In this document: positions 49,749 to 58,127 of the stretch, piece by piece
Position numbering within the stretch: position 1 is the first letter of the stretch
Layout: each line of letters begins with the position of its first letter
Assembly: GCA_022800625.1 (NCBI GenBank)
Contig: JAAWQR010000001.1
Coordinates: forward strand, 151,786 to 215,785
DNA: 64,000 bases
Reading direction: 5' to 3'
Origin: Clostridiales bacterium
Lineage (GTDB): Bacteria; Bacillota; Clostridia; Oscillospirales; CAG-272
Program-made: the position numbers and the translations under genes
The notes under the pieces: generated by a model
What the model was told of the DNA's origin: nothing
The model's input: the letters and a program-made list of their open reading frames with translations, nothing else
Database searches by the model: none

Positions 49749-49814
49749 TATCGTCTCCGTTCAGCCGCAGGACGGCGCCTAAATATTATATTTAATAAGT
49801 TAAGTCTTATTGCG

Positions 49815-50048
49815 TCAATTCATCGGATCTTCAACAGCGCTTCCGTCGGTATTAACTCTGAGACGCACCACTTTTTGTTCAGCAGAATCAAGCTTGCTGT
49901 TACACAGCTTAACGAGAGTTATTCCCTCTTCAAACAAAGACAGTGAATCGTCAAGCGGAACATTGCCGGATTCAAGCAGGCGTACCGTTTCTTCAAGCCG
50001 GCTCAGCGCTGCTTCAAACGAGAGCTTTTCAATTTCTTCTTTTGTCAT
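49815..50048 (-). CDS. xseB: Exodeoxyribonuclease VII small subunit
   Basis: FEAAL.RLE..V..LE.G..PLD.SL..FEEG. Confidence 0.95.
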   Translation of the reverse strand: MTKEEIEKLSFEAALSRLEETVRLLESGNVPLDDSLSLFEEGITLVKLCNSKLDSAEQKVVRLRVNTDGSAVEDPMN

Positions 50049-50118
50049 ATTTATAACCATACCTTTCGCGCATCTGAAAACAATCGGTATAAGCTTTCCG
50101 AGCACTTTAATTTCAAAC

Positions 50119-51354
50119 TTATTCTCCGATATTATTATCTTTCTTTATTCTGTCAACAACAGCGCTTGCTTCGCCGTCAGCTGTTTTAAAGCTGATTCTC
50201 CCGCCGAGTTCAAGCTGATCTACCGTTTTTACAAGAGAGCCGCTATCCGTATATACCGCGCTGTATCCTCTGGAAATTACGGAAAGAGGATTCAGTGCTT
50301 CAAGTTTTGCCGCAGCTCTGCCGAGCATGAGTTTTGCCCTGTTCAAAGTACTGCTCTGAGCAGACGCAATGCGCTCCGAAGATAAAAGGACAGCCATTCG
50401 TCTGTCATCTATCATAGTCTGAGGATTCTTTAAAGCTCTTGATTCCGACAAATACGAGAGCTTATCTCTATACGATTTTATCATTTTATTTACGGAAGAA
50501 GCCTCATGACGGATCACATTATTGAATTTATTTTTCAGTTCTGCCGTATCGGGCACTGCAAGCTCAGCCGCGGCAGAAGGAGTCGGCGCTCTTCTGTCAG
50601 AGACAAAATCGCAAATCGTGAAGTCGGTTTCATGTCCTACGGCAGATATAACGGGGATATGTGAAGCTGCTATGGCATAAGCCAAATTTTCATCGTTGAA
50701 CGCCCAAAGGTCTTCAATAGATCCGCCTCCGCGCCCTATTATAAGAACATCTGCCGCGTTATTTTTATTAAAATATTCAACGCCCGATATCAGGCTCGGA
50801 GCGGCGTCAGGTCCCTGAACGAGAGACGGATACAGAATAACCTTGGCATAAGGAAATCTTCGTCCCGTGACATTTATCATGTCTCTGATAGCCGCCCCGG
50901 TCGGAGACGTTATTATCCCGATACGCGACGGAATCTTCGGTATAGCCTTTTTTCTATCGGGAGCAAACATTCCCTGAGCTTCAAGCTTTTTTTTGAGCTG
51001 CTCATAAGCGATATAAAGAGAACCTACTCCATCCGGTTCCATTGAATCAACATACAGCTGATACTGTCCGTCACGAACAAAAGATGCAACCCTTCCATGA
51101 GCTATAATTTTCATTCCGTTTTCGGGCAGAAAAGCAAGTTTTGATGCGGAGGCTCTAAACATAACCGCTCTTATAAGGCTTCCTTCATCTTTCATGGAAA
51201 AATAAAAGTGCCCCGTCGAATGATTTTTGAAGTTTGATATTTCACCCTTGATAAAAATATCGCCTAATGTTCGGTCGCTGTCAAACATACCTTTGATATA
51301 AGTATTCAGCTCCGTTACGGAGAGCGCGCTTTTTATATCGGTTCCTGTTGTCAC
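50119..51354 (-). CDS. xseA: Exodeoxyribonuclease VII large subunit
   Basis: GEISN, GH.YF, RGGGS.EDL, GHETD, TPSAAAE. GTG start with GGAGG SD. Confidence 0.96.
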   Translation of the reverse strand: MTTGTDIKSALSVTELNTYIKGMFDSDRTLGDIFIKGEISNFKNHSTGHFYFSMKDEGSLIRAVMFRASASKLAFLPENGMKIIAHGRVASFVRDGQYQLYVDSMEPDGVGSLYIAYEQLKKKLEAQGMFAPDRKKAIPKIPSRIGIITSPTGAAIRDMINVTGRRFPYAKVILYPSLVQGPDAAPSLISGVEYFNKNNAADVLIIGRGGGSIEDLWAFNDENLAYAIAASHIPVISAVGHETDFTICDFVSDRRAPTPSAAAELAVPDTAELKNKFNNVIRHEASSVNKMIKSYRDKLSYLSESRALKNPQTMIDDRRMAVLLSSERIASAQSSTLNRAKLMLGRAAAKLEALNPLSVISRGYSAVYTDSGSLVKTVDQLELGGRISFKTADGEASAVVDRIKKDNNIGE

Positions 51355-51355
51355 A

Positions 51356-52354
51356 TTATCCTCCGTGAGCATTACTTGCCATCTCATACATATATTTGCA
51401 GATCAGCGCTGCACCTGCGGCATTATCCGATGAATATTCCGCTGAAGAAAACATTCCGAGGTGCGAAAGAGAACACCTAATATAAGCAGAGCTCATAACT
51501 CCGCCTGCGAACACCACCGGCTTTTCTCCGTATCTTTCCTTTGCGGAGGCAACCAACCTCGCAGCTGTTTTTGCTATATATTCAAGTATATAAGCCGAGA
51601 TTTCGGCGGTATCGACACCGTCGTTTATCATCTTTTCAGCTTTATTTTCAAGTCCAGAAAGATTACATTCAAGTCCTTTGACCGACGGAGAGCATGACTT
51701 TATCTTCCCCTGAAATTTCATAGCTTCAGCGTCTATTTCCGCCCCGCAAGGAAAGCTGTATCCGAGCGCAACGCCGATTCTGTCGATAATCTGTCCGGCA
51801 GAAGCGTCCGAAGTGCCGCCTATACGCTTGATTTCAAATACTTTTTGCCTGTCAGGACTAACCGACAGTATCTCGGTTGTTCCTCCCGAAAAATGGAGCG
51901 CATAATGCTCTCTGTTCATAAACGAGTTTATATCAAGACCTTCGTTTATGCACGCTGAAGAAAGCGCCGCCATAACATGACCTGTTTGATGCGAAGTATA
52001 ATAAAGCGGAATATTGAAAGCCGCGCACACGGTTTCAGCAACCGCGCGTCCTACGAGAAAGCACGGCATATATGATCCTTCAATATCACGCGGGGTAAGC
52101 GAGCAGGCAGCCGCTGCAAATTCTGTTTCGTTTTTATCAAATGAGTAAACGAGTTTTCTCAGTTCACGCGCTATTTGAGGAAAGTTCTTTACATGTGCAA
52201 AAACGGCGTCGCTCTGTCTAAGACCGCGCTCTCCCTGTTTTACGGGAAGCGGGCATTTTATATTTCCGAGAATCATGCCGTTTTCATCGCACACAGCGAC
52301 GGAGGTTGTATAATTACTTGTATCAAAACCGATATAAAGTTTTTTCTTATTCAT
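51356..52354 (-). CDS. TsaD/Kae1-like (M22) paralogue
   Basis: GFDTSNYTTS, HQTGH, SGGTT, GQ.IDR.G, GGV, SDNA. Lies between nusB and xseA. Confidence 0.8.
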   Translation of the reverse strand: MNKKKLYIGFDTSNYTTSVAVCDENGMILGNIKCPLPVKQGERGLRQSDAVFAHVKNFPQIARELRKLVYSFDKNETEFAAAACSLTPRDIEGSYMPCFLVGRAVAETVCAAFNIPLYYTSHQTGHVMAALSSACINEGLDINSFMNREHYALHFSGGTTEILSVSPDRQKVFEIKRIGGTSDASAGQIIDRIGVALGYSFPCGAEIDAEAMKFQGKIKSCSPSVKGLECNLSGLENKAEKMINDGVDTAEISAYILEYIAKTAARLVASAKERYGEKPVVFAGGVMSSAYIRCSLSHLGMFSSAEYSSDNAAGAALICKYMYEMASNAHGG

Positions 52355-52391
52355 ACCCAATCCAATTTGATTTCAATCGCATAAACTTAAT

Positions 52392-52811
52392 TTACAGTCT
52401 GCCGTTCTCTTTTGCAATTCTGTTTAAAATTCCGTTGACAAACGACGGCTCCTGATCACCGCCAAATTTTTTTGACAGTTCAAGAGCTTCATTCAAAACA
52501 ACGCGAGGAGGAACATCGGTATGTATAAGCTCATATATCGCAAGACGAAGTATTGTTTTTGTAACGCCCGACATGCGCAATGTGCTCCAATTTTTTGAAT
52601 CTGTCTCAATCATAGCGTCAGCCTCTGCAGAAAAAGCGCAGGCGCCGAGAAAGCTGTCGCGGATATACCCGACTTCCGGCACGGTATCATCTTTATCGTA
52701 GAAAGATAAAAAAGTTTCTTCAGATGTTCTGTCCTTGTTAAAATCAACCGAAAAAAGCATCTGGAAAACTCTTTCTCTTCTTTCACTTTTAGTATTTCCA
52801 AAATCAATCAT
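52392..52811 (-). CDS. nusB: Transcription antitermination factor NusB
   Basis: ILRLAIYEL, V.NEALEL.K.F, FVNGIL. Confidence 0.93.
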   Translation of the reverse strand: MIDFGNTKSERRERVFQMLFSVDFNKDRTSEETFLSFYDKDDTVPEVGYIRDSFLGACAFSAEADAMIETDSKNWSTLRMSGVTKTILRLAIYELIHTDVPPRVVLNEALELSKKFGGDQEPSFVNGILNRIAKENGRL

Positions 52812-52983
52812 ATATTAAAAACCATGCCTTTCTTATCCTCGTCGGGAATGACGCAAACAGCATTTATAAAACAAATCAAATAAATGTATATTCTTTATAA
52901 TTATACATCACTTGCGCACCTTTGTCAATGGAATAAGCAAACAATCCATCTGTATGGATCAATACTTGTTCGTCAAAGAGATC

Positions 52984-53021
52984 AAACAGGAGGTTATCCG
53001 TGATGGATAGCCTCCTGTTTG
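52984..53021. repeat. 16-bp-stem hairpin (terminator-like)
   Basis: AAACAGGAGGTTATCC-GTGAT-GGATAGCCTCCTGTTT. Confidence 0.7.
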
Positions 53022-53028
53022 GAAGTTG

Positions 53029-53226
53029 TTATTCTATTGCTGCAAGATCTGATCTTTCATAGCGATTATATCCCTGCAATGACTTTTTGTATTTCCGGCA
53101 CTTAATTGCCTCTTTCAAAGATTTTCCTTTATTGTCCGCAAAAAATCTCGAATATAAGTATTGTACTCGAACTGCTTATCGATCAGTTATTTCTATTTTT
53201 CCACCTGAAGCAGGTCTGTTATTCAT
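53029..53226 (-). pseudogene. Collapsed remnant resembling clostridial SAP-domain/DUF6434-type proteins
   Basis: SD+ATG gives MNNRPASGGKIEITDR*. Then IDKQFEYNTYIRDF in another frame, a -1 shift, and ADNKGKSLKEAIKCRKYKKSLQGYNRYERSDL. Family recognised from memory only. Confidence 0.65.
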
Positions 53227-53240
53227 ATATTTTCCTTAAA

Positions 53241-53285
53241 AACCGCCTGCACTGAGTGTACTTAAATACCTCGGTACAGACGGTT
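53241..53285 (-). terminator. Terminator after citrate synthase
   Basis: Minus-strand AACCGTCTGTAC...GTGCAGGCGGTTTT hairpin with G-U pairs. Confidence 0.65.
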
Positions 53286-53292
53286 ATAATTC

Positions 53293-54666
53293 TTATCTTT
53301 CACTCAGAGGGATATATTTTCTCAGAGGCGCTACCTCGCGGTAAGCTGGTCTTATGATCTTCCCTGCGCTGACAAGTTCCTCAAGTCTATGCGCGCTCCA
53401 TCCGGCAACACGCGCAACCGCAAATATCGGAGTATACAGTTCAGCCGGAAGTCCGAGCATATCGTATGCAAATCCGCTGTAAAAGTCAACATTTACAGAA
53501 ACACCTTTATACATTTTACGTCTTTCTGCAATAATCTTAGGCGCAAGACGCTCAACAGCAGCATAAAGCTTAAACTCATCTTCACGCTTCTTTTCAGCAG
53601 CAAGCTTTTCAACAAAGCTGCGAAGAATAAGCGCGCGCGGATCGGATTCTGAATAAACTGCATGACCGACACCGTATATGAGTCCCGAACGGTCAAACGC
53701 ATCTTTATTAAGTATCTTTTCAAGATATGCCGACAACTCTTCATCATCGCCGTAGTCCGACACATGCTCCCTTATATCCTCGAACATACGCATGACTTTA
53801 ATATTTGCTCCTCCGTGTTTGGGACCTTTGAGCGAGCCGAGAGCCGCAGCTATTGCCGAATATGTATCGGTTCCCGAAGAGGAAACTACCCTCGTTGTAA
53901 ATGTCGAGTTGTTTCCGCCGCCGTGCTCGGCATGAAGGATAAGAGCAATATCAAGCACCGTTGATTCAAGCTTTGTAAATGAACTGTCAGGTCTGAGAAG
54001 ATGCAGAATGTTCTCAGATGTCGAAAACTTCGGCTCGGGTGAATGGATAAAAAGGCTGTTCCCGTTATGGTAATGGTCATACGCCTGATAGCCGTAGACT
54101 GACAAAAGCGGAAATACTGATATAAGGAATAGGCTTTGGCGAAGCACGTTAGGTATAGACGTATCGTCGGGATTATCGTCATAAGAATACAGTGTAAGAA
54201 CGCTTCTGGCAAGCGCGTTCATCATATCGCCGCTCGGTGCTTTCATTATAACATCTCTTACAAATGACGGAGGAAGAGAGCGGCAACTGCCAAGCAAGGC
54301 GTTAAATTTTTCAAGCTGCGCGGCATTCGGAAGTTCTCCGAAAAGAAGCAGGTACACCGTTTCCTCAAAACCGTGTCTTCCCTCTTTTAAGCATGCCGAT
54401 GTAATGTCATTAACACTTATTCCTCTGTAATAAAGTCTTCCGGCGCAAGGAACAACATTACCGTCCTTTACGCATCGAGCAGTAACTTCGGATATACTCG
54501 TAAGTCCTGCTACAACTCCGCTGCCGTCAATATCACGGAGACCGCGTTTTACATCATATTTCCCGTAAAGCTCGGGCGCAATACCGGAATTATCCTTTAC
54601 AAGCTCCGAAAGCTCATACATTTCTTCCGTAATTTCCGAAAAGTTTTTCGTTTCCTGTGTGTTCAT
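53293..54666 (-). CDS. gltA: Citrate/2-methylcitrate synthase
   Basis: LHAEHGGGNNST, GPKHGGAN, GVGHAVY, NVDFYSG. Confidence 0.93.
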   Translation of the reverse strand: MNTQETKNFSEITEEMYELSELVKDNSGIAPELYGKYDVKRGLRDIDGSGVVAGLTSISEVTARCVKDGNVVPCAGRLYYRGISVNDITSACLKEGRHGFEETVYLLLFGELPNAAQLEKFNALLGSCRSLPPSFVRDVIMKAPSGDMMNALARSVLTLYSYDDNPDDTSIPNVLRQSLFLISVFPLLSVYGYQAYDHYHNGNSLFIHSPEPKFSTSENILHLLRPDSSFTKLESTVLDIALILHAEHGGGNNSTFTTRVVSSSGTDTYSAIAAALGSLKGPKHGGANIKVMRMFEDIREHVSDYGDDEELSAYLEKILNKDAFDRSGLIYGVGHAVYSESDPRALILRSFVEKLAAEKKREDEFKLYAAVERLAPKIIAERRKMYKGVSVNVDFYSGFAYDMLGLPAELYTPIFAVARVAGWSAHRLEELVSAGKIIRPAYREVAPLRKYIPLSER

Positions 54667-54905
54667 AACGCCTCCGTTCAAAATATAATTGAATTCATTT
54701 CCACATTCCTTCTGCACAACGGCTGAACGAATATGAAAAATATTAACACTATTATACATTATTTTACTTCATCAGTCAAGTAAGCAGCACAACAATTAAC
54801 AATTTGTACATATATAACACAATACAGTTTGCCGTTATTTACCCTTCATCGCATCATCGAAACTCAAATTAACAAAAAGTTAATTCATATTATTTCAGTA
54901 TGGTA

Positions 54906-54934
54906 TTGAATTCCTATGGTTTTTGTGGTATATT
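54906..54934 (+). promoter_or_regulatory. SigmaA promoter of Rrf2-iscS-iscU with an overlapping candidate operator
   Basis: TTGAAT-N17-TATATT with extended TG. Confidence 0.65.
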
Positions 54935-54995
54935 ATATCAGTAAGTTGAAATAATATACCGATACGCTATGTCAGAAAAGGAGTATAATTTACCT

Positions 54996-55406
54996 ATGAT
55001 GATTTCAACCAAGGGAAGATATGCCCTGAGAATATTATCAGACCTCGCACAGCTTTCCCCGGGGGAATATGCTTCCGTAAAGGACATTTCTGACAGTCAG
55101 CAAATATCTCAAAAATATCTTGAATCGATAACTTCCGTCCTCTTAAAAGCAAACTTTGTAGAAAGCCGAAGAGGAAGGACCGGCGGTTACAGACTGACAA
55201 GACCGGCAAGTGAATATACCCTCCTTTCCGTCCTGAAGCTCACCGAAGGCTCTATATCTCCGGTAAGCTGTATCGATCATGAGGAAGTCCTTTGCGGAAG
55301 AGATGAACACTGCATCGCTTATCCGCTGTGGCTGAAGCTTGACAGTATTCTTGAAAACTATCTCGGAAGCGTATCTGTAGAAGATCTCGTAAACGGCACT
55401 CTTTAA
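54996..55406 (+). CDS. Rrf2-family (IscR-like) regulator with 3 Cys
   Basis: ISTKGRYALR, SQKYLE, RG..GGY.L, C..C..C. Start may be 54969. Confidence 0.9.
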   Translation: MMISTKGRYALRILSDLAQLSPGEYASVKDISDSQQISQKYLESITSVLLKANFVESRRGRTGGYRLTRPASEYTLLSVLKLTEGSISPVSCIDHEEVLCGRDEHCIAYPLWLKLDSILENYLGSVSVEDLVNGTL

Positions 55407-55441
55407 ATATAAACACATAATTGAAAGGAACAAGCACACTG

Positions 55442-56629
55442 ATGAGAATATATGCCGACAACGCGGCGACAACAAAAATAAGCAAAAGAGCAGCTGAGGC
55501 AATGACTGTCTGCATGGAGGATCTGTTCGGCAATCCGTCAAGTCTTCACGCAGACGGGCAAAAAGCTGCCGAAGCGCTAAAGGCAGCGAGGGAATCAATT
55601 GCAGCAAATATCGGATGTACGGAAAAAGAAATATACTTTACATCGGGAGGGAGCGAAAGCGACAACCAGGCGATAATATCTGCCGCTATGTACGGAAAAG
55701 CACGCGGTAAGCGCCACATTATTACAACTGCATTTGAACATCATGCAGTGCTACACACTGTTAGAAAGCTTGAAAAAGAAGGTTTTGAGGTAACATATCT
55801 TGATGTACACGGGAATGGCATTGTAAATCCCGCCGAACTTGAAGCAGCAATTCGCGAAGATACGGCGCTTGTAACTGTAATGTACGCCAACAATGAGATC
55901 GGAACGATTCAGCCGATAGATAAGATCGGTGAAATATGCTCGCGCCGTAAGGTTCTGTTCCATACCGACGCGGTTCAGGCGGCAGGTCACATTGACATTG
56001 ACGTTGAACGCTCTAAAGTAGACTATCTTTCCCTCTCAGCGCATAAATTTCACGGTCCGCGCGGTATCGGAGTTCTTTATGCAAGAAAGAGAAATCAGCT
56101 TTTCACGCTTATTGAAGGCGGAGCACAGGAAAGAAGCAGAAGAGCCGGAACAGAAAATCTTCCTGCAATTGTCGGAATGGCGGCAGCTCTCGAAGAAGCA
56201 TGTGAAAAAATGAGAGATAATTCAATCAAAGCAACATCGCTGCGCAATCGCCTGATAGACGGTCTCTTAAAGATACCGCACACCGTACTTAACGGAGACA
56301 CAGCACACAGACTTCCCGGCAATGTAAACGTATGCTTTGAAGGAATCGAAGGAGAATCACTTCTGCTTTTGCTTGATATGAAAGGAATATCAGCTTCTTC
56401 AGGCTCTGCATGCACCTCAGGTTCTCTCGATCCCAGCCATGTGCTTTTGGCTATAGGCAGACCTCATGAGATCGCGCACGGCTCATTAAGATTGACACTT
56501 GACGAGAGCAATACAGAATCAGAAATTGACACGATAATTTCATCTGTTACAGAGGTAGTTGACAGACTCAGAAAAATGTCTCCCGTATGGGATGATCTGG
56601 AGAAAGGAATAAAAAAGCATGTTATATAG
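55442..56629 (+). CDS. iscS: Cysteine desulfurase
   Basis: DNAATT, HTDAVQ, SAHKFHGP, SSGSACTS. Confidence 0.95.
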   Translation: MRIYADNAATTKISKRAAEAMTVCMEDLFGNPSSLHADGQKAAEALKAARESIAANIGCTEKEIYFTSGGSESDNQAIISAAMYGKARGKRHIITTAFEHHAVLHTVRKLEKEGFEVTYLDVHGNGIVNPAELEAAIREDTALVTVMYANNEIGTIQPIDKIGEICSRRKVLFHTDAVQAAGHIDIDVERSKVDYLSLSAHKFHGPRGIGVLYARKRNQLFTLIEGGAQERSRRAGTENLPAIVGMAAALEEACEKMRDNSIKATSLRNRLIDGLLKIPHTVLNGDTAHRLPGNVNVCFEGIEGESLLLLLDMKGISASSGSACTSGSLDPSHVLLAIGRPHEIAHGSLRLTLDESNTESEIDTIISSVTEVVDRLRKMSPVWDDLEKGIKKHVI

Positions 56630-57056
56630 TGAAAAAGTCATGGATCATTTTATGAATCCGAGAAACGTCGGAAAGATCGAGGACGCTGACGGAGTGGGCG
56701 AGGTCGGAAACGCTAAGTGCGGAGACATAATGAAAATATATTTAAAAATCGATAATGATGTTATAACCGATGTTAAATTCAACACATTCGGATGCGGTTC
56801 CGCTATTGCGACAAGCAGTATGGCTTGTGAAATGATTAAAGGCAAGCCACTGTCAGAGGCAATGGAGCTTACAAATCAAGCTGTTGTAGAAGCTCTCGAC
56901 GGTTTGCCTCCGCAGAAGATACACTGCTCTGTTCTTGCAGAAGAAGCGGTAAAAGCCGCTGTCAAGGATTACTATGATAAAAACGGAATAGAATATGATT
57001 CGACTCTGTTCCGCGAAGGCAGCCACTGCGATCACTGCTCAAATGCTGAAAATTAA
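56619..57056 (+). CDS. iscU: Fe-S scaffold protein (IscU/NifU-N)
   Basis: YSEKVMDHF.NPRN, CGD, FGCGSA, LPP.K.HC. Confidence 0.95.
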   Translation: MLYSEKVMDHFMNPRNVGKIEDADGVGEVGNAKCGDIMKIYLKIDNDVITDVKFNTFGCGSAIATSSMACEMIKGKPLSEAMELTNQAVVEALDGLPPQKIHCSVLAEEAVKAAVKDYYDKNGIEYDSTLFREGSHCDHCSNAEN

Positions 57057-57060
57057 AAAC

Positions 57061-57099
57061 AAACCGTGTAAAGCTTAAAATAAAGCTTTATACGGTTTT
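57061..57099 (+). terminator. Intrinsic terminator after iscU
   Basis: AAACCGTGTAAAGCTT...AAGCTTTATACGGTTTT. Confidence 0.75.
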
Positions 57100-57155
57100 A
57101 TGCTTTTTAAACTCTCAGTTTCTTATTATTCCGATTGGCTTTGTAAGATTTAATA

Positions 57156-57184
57156 TTGAAAAAGCACAAAAATTATGTTATTAT
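57156..57184 (+). promoter_or_regulatory. SigmaA promoter of the second Rrf2 gene
   Basis: TTGAAA-N17-TATTAT with extended TG. Confidence 0.6.
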
Positions 57185-57224
57185 AATATTAGAAAATTTC
57201 TGAAATTACAGAACCGAAGGAGGA

Positions 57225-57674
57225 ATGCAAATAATGAAAATCTCAACTAAAGGGCGTTACGCTCTGAGAATGATGCTTGATCTTGCGGAATATCAAAAAG
57301 ACGGATATGTTGCACTGAAAGACATTGCGGAAAGACAAGGAATATCAAAAAAGTATCTCGAGCAGATCGTACCGATCCTGAACAGATCAACAATTTTAAA
57401 AACCAGCCGAGGTTTTCAGGGCGGATACCGCCTCAGCAGAGAGCCGGAAAATTATACTGTCGGTGAAATTCTCCGTTTGACTGAAGGAAATCTTGCACCC
57501 GTCGCATGCCTTGAACATGATCCGATTGAATGCGGAAGAAAAGATGAATGCGCAACGCTCCACGTATGGCAGGGACTTTACAAGGTGATTTGCGATTATC
57601 TTGACGGAATTACCTTACAGGATATAATAGATCACAAACAGCCTACAAATCATTTCGACTACGTAATACTGTAA
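57225..57674 (+). CDS. Second Rrf2-family regulator with 3 Cys
   Basis: ISTKGRYALR, SKKYLEQ, RG..GGY.L, C......C.....C. Start 57225 or 57234. Confidence 0.92.
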   Translation: MQIMKISTKGRYALRMMLDLAEYQKDGYVALKDIAERQGISKKYLEQIVPILNRSTILKTSRGFQGGYRLSREPENYTVGEILRLTEGNLAPVACLEHDPIECGRKDECATLHVWQGLYKVICDYLDGITLQDIIDHKQPTNHFDYVIL

Positions 57675-57687
57675 GGAGGTATAAATT

Positions 57688-58068
57688 ATGTTGTCTCAGT
57701 ATTTCAAAAGCATAACAGATCAGGACAGATGTGCAGTTGTAATCTGCAACCTTAAGCATGAGATACTATATATGAATCCTGCGGCGGCAGAAAGATACAA
57801 AAAAAGCGGCGGCGCGGCGCTCGTCGGAAAAAGTTTGCTTGGTTGTCATAATGCCGATTCATGCGAAACAATAAATAAAGTTATCGCTTGGTTTTCGGAA
57901 AGTTCTGATAATAATATTGTATACACATACCGCAATGAGAAAGAAAACAAAGACGTGTACATGGTTGCTCTGAGAGACGGCGAGAAAAATCTCATAGGAT
58001 ACTATGAAAAGCATGAATACAGAAATCAGGAAACAATGAAGCTTTATGATATGAATAATGCAAAATAA
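57688..58068 (+). CDS. Stand-alone PAS-domain protein
   Basis: VVIC...ILYMN.AA...LVGKSL.GCH...LRD...IGY. AAGGAGG SD. Confidence 0.75.
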   Translation: MLSQYFKSITDQDRCAVVICNLKHEILYMNPAAAERYKKSGGAALVGKSLLGCHNADSCETINKVIAWFSESSDNNIVYTYRNEKENKDVYMVALRDGEKNLIGYYEKHEYRNQETMKLYDMNNAK

Positions 58069-58127
58069 GTCATGTTATTCTATATAAACAAAATAATTTT
58101 TGATCTGTAAGAAAGTCAGGTGATTCA

